Shown here piece after piece: positions 24,558-32,000 of a DNA stretch of 32,000 nucleotides. The stretch covers positions 150,001 to 182,000 of the forward strand of contig CP010514.1 in assembly GCA_001552015.1 (NCBI GenBank). The letters are read 5' to 3'. How positions within the stretch are numbered: the first letter of the stretch is position 1; each line of letters begins with the position of its first letter. Source of the DNA: Candidatus Nanopusillus acidilobi. GTDB lineage: Archaea > Nanobdellota > Nanobdellia > Nanobdellales > Nanobdellaceae. The position numbers and the translations under genes are program-made. Below the pieces are notes generated by a model. The model saw only the letters and a list, made by a program, of their open reading frames with translations. It did not search any database and was not told the DNA's origin.

Positions 24558-25013
24558 CTATTGATTTGAAATTTTAAATGGCAAAGGAGCTTGTTGTACA
24601 GTATTTCCATATGTAAATGAAAATAAATAAGATCCACTATTTGATAATAAATTACTTATAATTGTATCTTCATTTGTACAATTTAATTCAATTGTCTCTT
24701 GACTATTTGAAGGTAATGTATAATTATTTGTAACTATATTACATGTACCTTGATAACTATTTTGACTATATGTATATGTAACTTTCATATTACTTAGATT
24801 AATATTAGGTCCAGCATTATATATTATTGCATATATACCATTCGAAGTAAAGTACATATATGATATTTTAAATGATGCAGAATTGGATGATGAAGTACTC
24901 TTACCCAAAAATTTCAAAATTACTTGTGGAGGTACAAATAAATATAAAATAACAGCAACTCCTAATATAATGCCAAATATTATAATAAGGGTTGTTAGGA
25001 AGTCACTCCTCAT
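24558..25013 (-). CDS. membrane-anchored beta-rich protein, paralog of the ArlF/G-like protein (possible second FlaF/FlaG or pilin-like protein)
   Basis: N-terminal MRSDFLTTLIIIFGIILGVAVILYLF helix. It shares the ordered motifs NINLSN...VTYTY...ETIELN with NINPSN...VNFTY...YTIELN of 20813..21199. Confidence 0.45.
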   Translation of the reverse strand: MRSDFLTTLIIIFGIILGVAVILYLFVPPQVILKFLGKSTSSSNSASFKISYMYFTSNGIYAIIYNAGPNINLSNMKVTYTYSQNSYQGTCNIVTNNYTLPSNSQETIELNCTNEDTIISNLLSNSGSYLFSFTYGNTVQQAPLPFKISNQ

Positions 25014-25046
25014 TATAATAAAATAATTTTATGATATTTTTAAATT

Positions 25047-25988
25047 TTAGTTTTTTATAACTTTAAAATCTATACAAACCCTATAATTTCCTGGGGCTAT
25101 ATCTCCAACTTTTAATATATTTAATATCTCATATTTAAAGTTTAATTCATTGGAATATTTTTCTAATAATTCTATTGCCCTTTCTTTTATTTTTTCTTCT
25201 TCAAAGAATTGATATAGATGTATTATTCCATTATTTTTTATTAGAGGTATTGCATATTCTAAAAATGTATGACTTTCCTTTGGTAATGGCATTATAATTC
25301 TATCAAAATTTTTATTAAATTTTTCTAAATTTTCCAATTCGCTAATATATCTTAATTTTTTATATTTTATATTTTTTATCATTTCATCATATTCATAAAT
25401 ATATAAATTGTTTATTTCTAATCCAGAATCAATTATATCCTTTATATATTCTTTATCATTTTTTATTATTCCATCTCCATTTTCTAAATGACCTATATAT
25501 TTTGATACATCCCTTACATCCCCCAATAATGTAATAACATTATTTACCTTATTTATTTTTAAATTTTCTAATCCATATTTTACTGCAAAAGGATTTAATT
25601 CAATTGAATATACTATTTTAGCCTTTGAATATTTTGCTATATATATTGGATATACATTTACACCAGAAAACATTACTAAAACTTCTTCATTTTCTTTTAC
25701 TTGTTTTGCAATCCTATATCTTTCATTACTTAATCTTGGGGAATAATAGCATCTAAAAACATCTACTTTGAATCTTAATCCATATTCAATATTAATTGTT
25801 TCAGTTTTATTTTCTCCATACAAAATTTTATATTTCGGAATCCTATATGGAGGTAAAACATCTGTTTCTTGTAGTAAAATTGTCCTTATAAATTTGTGTT
25901 TTTCTAATATTCTCTTTATATATTCTTCTTCTTCATATTTTAATGGTTTTTTAATTACAGCTATATCACCTATAATATCATAAGACAT
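25047..25988 (-). CDS. trm5: tRNA (guanine37-N1)-methyltransferase Trm5 / Taw22 family (Met-10+ like)
   Basis: YDIIGDIAVIK, EYGLRFKVDVFRCYYSPRLSNERYRI, EEVLVMFSGVNVYPIYIAK, VYSIELNPFAVKYGLENLKINKV, DRIIMPLPKES and IIHLYQF follow the Trm5 motif order. There is a ~55-aa insertion before the IMPLP motif. Confidence 0.8.
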   Translation of the reverse strand: MSYDIIGDIAVIKKPLKYEEEEYIKRILEKHKFIRTILLQETDVLPPYRIPKYKILYGENKTETINIEYGLRFKVDVFRCYYSPRLSNERYRIAKQVKENEEVLVMFSGVNVYPIYIAKYSKAKIVYSIELNPFAVKYGLENLKINKVNNVITLLGDVRDVSKYIGHLENGDGIIKNDKEYIKDIIDSGLEINNLYIYEYDEMIKNIKYKKLRYISELENLEKFNKNFDRIIMPLPKESHTFLEYAIPLIKNNGIIHLYQFFEEEKIKERAIELLEKYSNELNFKYEILNILKVGDIAPGNYRVCIDFKVIKN

Positions 25989-26494
25989 AATATATTTTAA
26001 ACGGAAAACAATAAAAATATTATTTTTTTATTAAATAAATTTATGCTATTTATTTTTCCTTTCTTTATTTTTAATTTTTCTCATTATTCAAAATATAATG
26101 GTTATTCTATCTTTTAGCTAATATTGATATATATATTAAGGCTTTGGGTACCTAAATTGTATATATTATTTAAATGTTTCTATGTATTCTGATTACTTTA
26201 TAAATATTTATAAATAACCTTTTTATAAATTATTTATAAATATTTACCCCGTTCAACCTTTTACTACATATTAGTATTCATTTGAAGTCATAAAAAAATG
26301 AAAGATTTTTAAACATTTTATATAATAATATATCATGGCAAAGAAAGGTGAAAAGAAAGAAGAAAAGAAACAGTAAAGATAAAGCATAATATATAGAATA
26401 TTTATTTGTGAAATATACTAAATATAGTAGACGCGGGTTTTCATCGGCTTTATCCATATTTTTAATTTTTTATTTTTGGCTTATAAATTTTTAT

Positions 26495-28630
26495 TTATAA
26501 ATCTATGGAGGGTTTAGTTACAGTCTCCCTCAATTTATTTATTAAATTATCATCAACCTTATTAAATAGGACCTGGGGTTCTTTAACTATCTCTATAACT
26601 ATATTATTAGAAAATTGTAGAAGGGTATTTAGGTTATCAAAGGATATTTCCTTATAATTTATAAATTCAAAGAATTTTTCTGAAGAATTTGGTATAAATG
26701 GATATAACATTGTATATATAGAAATTAATAATATAATTAAAGATTTAACTAAACTTTTATTATTTTCAGGATTTTCCCATGGTTTATTTTCTTGAAATAT
26801 TTTATTTCCATAACTAGATAATTCTAATATTTTCCTTAATGCTAAATTAAATTCTCCTTTATCCATATATTTATAATATTCATTTAATGTATTATTTATT
26901 GTGTTTATTACATCTTTTCTAACATTACCATCTATTTTATTATTATAATATTTTCTAACAAAAGACAAAATTCTATGTGTAAGATTTCCTATATTATTTA
27001 CTAGTTCATTATTTATAACAGATTGAAAATCTTCCCATTTAAAATCGGAATCTCTATTATATGGTAAAATATATGAAAGATAGAATCTCCAATAATCAGG
27101 ATCAAGTTCTGATTTAATTAAAGAATCACAAAATATACCCCAATTTTGACTTTTGCTAATTTTTCTATTTTCATATGTTAAATAAGATAATCCAATTACA
27201 TTATATGGTAAACTATAATTATCCAATTTTGTATATTCAAAGAATTCTTTATAATTATCACTTACATTATGTGTAGATAACAAAATTGCTGGCCAAAATA
27301 CTGCATGAAATGGAATATTATCTTTACCTAAAAAGTGGTATACTTTTCCATTTATCCAAAATTCCCTCCAATTAATATCTAAAACAATTTTTATAACTTT
27401 TTTATTTTCAAATAAGAATTTTAATATTTTATATAAATTAAAAAATTCACTATATAATCCCGATAAATATAAAACACTTCCATCTATTTTATATTCCAAT
27501 TCATATACTTTATTATTTATTTTTATTTTAATTATTTTTCCATTATCTTCTAATAAAGATAAGTCATTAATATTTTCATCTTTTACATCATCATATATAT
27601 ATTCTTCCTTTAATTTTTGTGCAATAAATGATATATATCCAATTAATGCATCATACCAAACATATAATACTTTATCCTTATATTCTTCAAAATGATTATA
27701 TAGATTTAATATACTATCAACTTTTGGCCAATTTTCTTCTACAATTTTTAAAATATTTGTGTATTCATCTGTATTTATAACTAGACCCTCTTCTTTTAAT
27801 GCATTTATTAAAGAATCAACAAAAGTATCTTTTGAATTAAATGATAATTTGTCAAATATTTTCTTAATTGTTACTTGCCATAATTCTTTATATGGAACTG
27901 GTACTCCAAAGGATAGATCTCTAGTTATACTTCTTTCCTTTAATCCCTCTTTTATCCATGATAGAGACATTGTTATTGCTAGATCTGTAAATATGTCTTT
28001 CTTACTTTCTAAATATTCTTTTATTTTATCCTCTAATTTAGTTAAATTTAAATATAGATGTTTTGTTTTTCTAAATATAATTTTATTTCCAGTAATTGAA
28101 TTCCTCGGATCAATTAGTTCTTTAGGATCTAATAATCTACCACAACTTTCACATTGATCTCCTCTAGCATTTTCATATCCACAATATGGGCATTTTCCTA
28201 CAACAAATCTATCGGCTAGAAATTTATTCCACTCAGGATCATATGGTAATTCAACCTCTTTTTCTACTATATAACCATTTATATATGCTTTAATAAACAA
28301 TTCTTGTACTATTTTATAATGTAGAGGATTATTTGACGTTTGACTAAATTGATCAAATGATAGATTAAACCATTTATATACTTCTTCATGTATATTATGA
28401 AAAAAATTAACAATTTCTTCTGGTTTTTTATTTCTTTTAATTGCTTCTACTTCTGTAGCAGATCCATGATCATCTGTTCCGCATAAATAAAATACAATAT
28501 TACCTTTTAATCTATTGTATCTTGCAAATATATCTGAGGGTAAAAGACTTCCAGCAATGTGTCCTATATGCGGTACATTATTTACATATGGTAATGCTGA
28601 TGTAATTAATACAATATCTTTACTTTCCAT
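26495..28630 (-). CDS. metG: methionyl-tRNA synthetase with two large internal insertions
   Basis: ITSALPYVNNVPHIGHIAGS (HIGH), zinc knuckle CPYCGYENARGDQCESCG, VLYVWYDALIGYIS, YHFLGKDNIPFHAVFWPAILL and KISKS (KMSKS). Confidence 0.95.
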   Translation of the reverse strand: MESKDIVLITSALPYVNNVPHIGHIAGSLLPSDIFARYNRLKGNIVFYLCGTDDHGSATEVEAIKRNKKPEEIVNFFHNIHEEVYKWFNLSFDQFSQTSNNPLHYKIVQELFIKAYINGYIVEKEVELPYDPEWNKFLADRFVVGKCPYCGYENARGDQCESCGRLLDPKELIDPRNSITGNKIIFRKTKHLYLNLTKLEDKIKEYLESKKDIFTDLAITMSLSWIKEGLKERSITRDLSFGVPVPYKELWQVTIKKIFDKLSFNSKDTFVDSLINALKEEGLVINTDEYTNILKIVEENWPKVDSILNLYNHFEEYKDKVLYVWYDALIGYISFIAQKLKEEYIYDDVKDENINDLSLLEDNGKIIKIKINNKVYELEYKIDGSVLYLSGLYSEFFNLYKILKFLFENKKVIKIVLDINWREFWINGKVYHFLGKDNIPFHAVFWPAILLSTHNVSDNYKEFFEYTKLDNYSLPYNVIGLSYLTYENRKISKSQNWGIFCDSLIKSELDPDYWRFYLSYILPYNRDSDFKWEDFQSVINNELVNNIGNLTHRILSFVRKYYNNKIDGNVRKDVINTINNTLNEYYKYMDKGEFNLALRKILELSSYGNKIFQENKPWENPENNKSLVKSLIILLISIYTMLYPFIPNSSEKFFEFINYKEISFDNLNTLLQFSNNIVIEIVKEPQVLFNKVDDNLINKLRETVTKPSIDL

Positions 28631-28661
28631 AAAATCATTGTTAATTATTATTTTTATAAAT

Positions 28662-31094
28662 TCATAACAGATCTTCTATATCTTCTTTATTCTTTGATAC
28701 GAAATTTGTATATATTTCAGAATAATGACTGAATTTTATTATGTCATTCTTATATTTTGGTAAGTTTTTTATCATGAATTGTTTTATATCTTTTACAATA
28801 TTTCCAGTATATGCTTCAAATAAGCTTCTTATAACATCTCTTATAACTAAATATGCATTTTCATATTTTTTTATTTCACTAATATTATCTCTAAACCATT
28901 GATATAATACATAAACAACCTCTGGATTTTTTGATATATTTGTAAATAATGTTCTCCAATCTTGTAATTTTATATGATTATCTATTGCTTTATCTAATAA
29001 ATCTACAATTATGTTAGTTCTTCTAAAGTTAGATAATCCTCTTAATAATATTATTCTTTCCTCAGGGTTTTGTGATTTGGAATATAGATTATACATTCTT
29101 ATATATTCATTTGTTCCTCCATGCAAACCAATTATATCAGATATAACTTGTCTATCATTATTATTTAATTTTTCCCATTCTTTGAATTTATTAAATGAAT
29201 CTTTTATTATATTGTAATCATTTAAGAATCCTTGAGTTTTATATGCCAATCTTTTTAACATTAAACTATTATAATCCTTTATTTCTATATTATAATAATT
29301 CTTAAATATATCTTTATATTGTTCAAATATTCTTCTTTCTTCTATATTAAAGTAAAATGATATATCATATAATATTGTATATAATATTGATAAAACCAGC
29401 CAATTATCTTCATTTCTATAATATTCAATTAATTCGAATAATTTCTTTAATTTAATTTTATTCATTAATGCTAATAAATAATAATCATGTAAAATAACAG
29501 CCCTACTTAATGATGATATTTTCTTTTCCTTAATTGCATTTCCTATATATTCCAAATTTTCATAATTTGATATATAAAAACCAATAGCATCTCTATTAAT
29601 TATAAAATATCTAGGATCTCTTTTAAGTATAATCTTTCCCTTTGATTTATTGAATAATATATTCATTTTTTCTCCTTCAATATCTAAAAATAAAGGAATT
29701 GTCCATTTCTTATTTTCTTTCTTATTATATAAAAATCTTGATTGAGATAAATGTATTACAAGATTATTATAATGTACATTTATTATTGGATAACCAGGAG
29801 AATTTACAAATTTTTCAATTATTTCTCTTATATATTTCCCGCCTATCAATTCAAATTCTTTAAATAGATCTGAAGAACTAGCATTAGAATATTTATATTT
29901 ATGTAAATAATTTATTATTGCAACCCTAAATTTATCATATCCTAAATAATTATCTATCATTCTTAATATATTTCCGCCTTTTCCATAACTTATACTATCA
30001 AAAATACTCTCAATTTCTTCTTCTTTTTCTACTTTAACATTTATTGGATGTGTATAAATTGTCGAATCTTCAAATTTTGCTTCATATGTATCAACAGCAT
30101 ACATATAATTTGATCCAATATTATTTTCATTTAATAATTCATCCATAGCTTTATATGCCATATATGTTGCAAAAGATTCATTTAACCAAAGATCATCCCA
30201 CCATTTCATAGTAACCAAATTTCCAGACCATTGGTGCCATAATTCATGAGCTATAACTTCATATATTCTTAATTTCTGTCCATATGAATAATAATCCTCT
30301 TTATATAATAGTGCAGATTCTCTAAATGTAATTGCACCCCAATTTTCCATTGCCCCAGCAGCAAAATCTGGTATGGCAATTAAATCCAATTTTTCTAATG
30401 GATATTCTATTGAAGAATATTTTTCATAATATTCTAATACTTTTTTTGCCCAATCTAAAGCATTTTCTCCATCCTTAGCTTTACCAATATCAGTAACAAT
30501 TCTTATTTTCTTATTTTCATATTTATCTTCTAGATAATCAAATTTTCCTATTCCCAAATATAATAAATATGTAGACATTGGTGGAGTTTTCTTAAATTTT
30601 ACAATTTTATAATCTTCATTTGTTTCTTCATTTTCTATTTCTGTATTTGATATTACATCATAATCTTTATCTACCTTTACTTCTAATTCGAATTCTGCTT
30701 TAAACTCTGGTTCATCAAAGCATGGGATAAAATATCTTGCATATGTAGGTTCAAATTGTGTAGTTAATATTATATTTTTTCCTTTACTTAAATAAAATCC
30801 AATTAGATCATTTCTTATCTTTCCCTTAAATTTTATATATAATTTATTTTTTCCATAATATTTATTATATAGATTTATTTCAACTGTTTCATTGTCTATA
30901 TTTCTAAAACTTACCTTTTTATTATCTAACTTTATTAATTCTATTTTTATGTCTTTTGAATGTAAATATATTTTATTTGTAGGTTTATTTATATCAATTT
31001 CTATATTTTCTTCTCCTCTATATTCTAAATTATTAATATCTACATCTAATTTTATATAATATTTGATTGGTTTTACATCCTTAGGCAATCTCAT
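28662..31094 (-). CDS. M1-family zinc aminopeptidase (tricorn-interacting factor F2/F3 / PepN-like)
   Basis: GAMENWG exopeptidase motif and HELWHQWSGNLVTMKWWDDLWLNESFA (HExxH-X18-E); 810 aa. Confidence 0.92.
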   Translation of the reverse strand: MRLPKDVKPIKYYIKLDVDINNLEYRGEENIEIDINKPTNKIYLHSKDIKIELIKLDNKKVSFRNIDNETVEINLYNKYYGKNKLYIKFKGKIRNDLIGFYLSKGKNIILTTQFEPTYARYFIPCFDEPEFKAEFELEVKVDKDYDVISNTEIENEETNEDYKIVKFKKTPPMSTYLLYLGIGKFDYLEDKYENKKIRIVTDIGKAKDGENALDWAKKVLEYYEKYSSIEYPLEKLDLIAIPDFAAGAMENWGAITFRESALLYKEDYYSYGQKLRIYEVIAHELWHQWSGNLVTMKWWDDLWLNESFATYMAYKAMDELLNENNIGSNYMYAVDTYEAKFEDSTIYTHPINVKVEKEEEIESIFDSISYGKGGNILRMIDNYLGYDKFRVAIINYLHKYKYSNASSSDLFKEFELIGGKYIREIIEKFVNSPGYPIINVHYNNLVIHLSQSRFLYNKKENKKWTIPLFLDIEGEKMNILFNKSKGKIILKRDPRYFIINRDAIGFYISNYENLEYIGNAIKEKKISSLSRAVILHDYYLLALMNKIKLKKLFELIEYYRNEDNWLVLSILYTILYDISFYFNIEERRIFEQYKDIFKNYYNIEIKDYNSLMLKRLAYKTQGFLNDYNIIKDSFNKFKEWEKLNNNDRQVISDIIGLHGGTNEYIRMYNLYSKSQNPEERIILLRGLSNFRRTNIIVDLLDKAIDNHIKLQDWRTLFTNISKNPEVVYVLYQWFRDNISEIKKYENAYLVIRDVIRSLFEAYTGNIVKDIKQFMIKNLPKYKNDIIKFSHYSEIYTNFVSKNKEDIEDLL

Positions 31095-31126
31095 TAATAT
31101 ATAAAATATTCCGATATATTTTTAAT

Positions 31127-31759
31127 ATGAATAAGGTTTACAAATTGCTGGGCTTTCCAATAACAATATGGTTAATAATTATACTCTTTATAGTATATAT
31201 TATAGAATTAATGTATCCATCAATATTAAATATAATTGCTTTTTATCCACATTATGCTATAAGATATCCATGGATGTTTATAACATCTATTTTTGGGGAT
31301 TATGATTTAACACAATTATTCTTTGATGGATTAGCACTGTTTTTTCTTGGTTTATTATTTGAATATTTATATGGAAGTAAAGATCTTTTAATATTATTTT
31401 TCTTATCCGGTATTATTGGAAATATATTCTTTTTATTTCAATATTATAATAACCCTCTAGTTAGTGGAATTGGATCTTCTGCTGCTATATCTGGTATATT
31501 GGGTGCATTGGGGATATTGAGACCAAAAGAGAAAGTAATAATATTTCCAATAATAATTCCAATCGATATGATATATGCTGCAATATTTTGGGCTATATTT
31601 AACTTAATTGGAATATTTTATCCCTTTGTACCTTTGGGATTTTCTGCACATCTGGGTGGTACATTATTTGGATTTTTATATGGATATATATTAAAAAAAT
31701 ATAAAGGAAAAACATCAATAGATAATATTTTTGATAATCAAGAAGAGATTTATTTATAA
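31127..31759 (+). CDS. rhomboid-family intramembrane serine protease
   Basis: Six TM helices. The catalytic Ser motif is GIGSSAAISGILGA (GxSxxxxG) and the His motif is FSAHLGGTLFGFLYG. Confidence 0.85.
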   Translation: MNKVYKLLGFPITIWLIIILFIVYIIELMYPSILNIIAFYPHYAIRYPWMFITSIFGDYDLTQLFFDGLALFFLGLLFEYLYGSKDLLILFFLSGIIGNIFFLFQYYNNPLVSGIGSSAAISGILGALGILRPKEKVIIFPIIIPIDMIYAAIFWAIFNLIGIFYPFVPLGFSAHLGGTLFGFLYGYILKKYKGKTSIDNIFDNQEEIYL

Positions 31760-31806
31760 TTTTTTGCTTAATAAAATTATATAAATTATAAAGTGTAATT
31801 ATTAAA

Positions 31807-32000
31807 ATGGAAGCAAAAGTCGAAAACACAAACGAAAAATTAATAAAGGAAATAAGAACAAAATTGGCTACATTATCTACAAATACACTTTTAAGATATT
31901 ATGAAGATATTAGATCAAAGATTATCCCTTCAAATTTGTCATATTATTCTCAATATTTATCATATGAAGAATTATTAGATAATGTTGAAAGGGAATTAAT
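31807..32000 (+). CDS. hypothetical protein, 5' partial (runs off window end)
   Basis: ATG at 31807, open to the window end: MEAKVENTNEKLIKEIRTKLATLSTNTLLRYYEDIRSK... Not in the ORF track because it has no stop. No motif recognised. Confidence 0.4.
   Translation, partial: MEAKVENTNEKLIKEIRTKLATLSTNTLLRYYEDIRSKIIPSNLSYYSQYLSYEELLDNVEREL

Noticed and set aside
26419-26450. G+C blip sharing the 9-mer tcatcggct with the first guide region of sRNA candidate 1; considered a third C/D sRNA
   Set aside because: No C/C' (TGATGA/TGAAGA) or D/D' (CTGA/CAGA) boxes at the required spacing on either strand. A same-sense 9-mer match is probably chance.
1-32000. CRISPR array, rRNA, transposase, integrase or reverse transcriptase
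   Set aside because: No regularly spaced 25-40-nt repeats, no rRNA-like G+C-rich stretches, and no DDE, tyrosine/serine-recombinase or RT motifs in any listed ORF.

Overview
Extremely AT-rich sequence (about a quarter G+C by eye) from an archaeon. Archaeal marker genes include archaellum arlCDE/F-G/H/I, aIF6, ribosomal proteins LX and L3, prefoldin alpha and Trm5, plus archaeal-type tRNAs without encoded CCA. The scrambled ribosomal gene order, stand-alone aaRS core, long insertions in housekeeping enzymes and base composition suggest a reduced DPANN/Nanoarchaeota-like genome; this is inference and no database search was possible. The window has two parts. (1) About 1.3-16.5 kb is an accessory-looking region with unusually long intergenic gaps. 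It holds two families of paralogous, modular multi-pass membrane proteins and a LemA-like gene lacking a canonical start for its anchor helix. It also holds a decayed Lrp/AsnC paralog whose 3' end keeps 55 nt of perfect identity with the intact lrp gene. An intact Lrp/AsnC gene is divergent from a stand-alone class IIb aaRS-core (AsnA-like) gene, with two TTGAA-N5-TTCAA palindromes between them. A nuclease-rich islet follows: a 1128-aa MmeI-like fused endonuclease/N6-adenine methyltransferase, a divergent Zn-ribbon plus restriction-endonuclease-like protein, and a DUF234 fragment. A 43-bp perfect direct repeat (7721 and 16026) brackets 8.3 kb of this region. (2) About 16.7-32 kb is tightly packed housekeeping: TyrRS, arl operon, aIF6, pfdA-rplX-rpl3, tRNA-Pro, tRNA-Arg, Trm5, MetRS, M1 aminopeptidase and rhomboid. 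Two unannotated C/D-box sRNA candidates share the layout RTGAAGA-N12-CTGA-TAAA-TGATGA-N12-CAGA with unrelated guides, and one lies between the two tRNAs. Their terminal boxes carry a paired deviation, C-box UGAAGA with D-box CAGA. A GalT-like HIT-family gene, open at the left window edge, is missing from the ORF track. No CRISPR array, rRNA, transposase or integrase was seen. The best candidates for something undescribed are the R-M/Zn-ribbon-nuclease islet with its flanking repeats, and the modular membrane-protein families. All functional calls rest on motifs read by eye.
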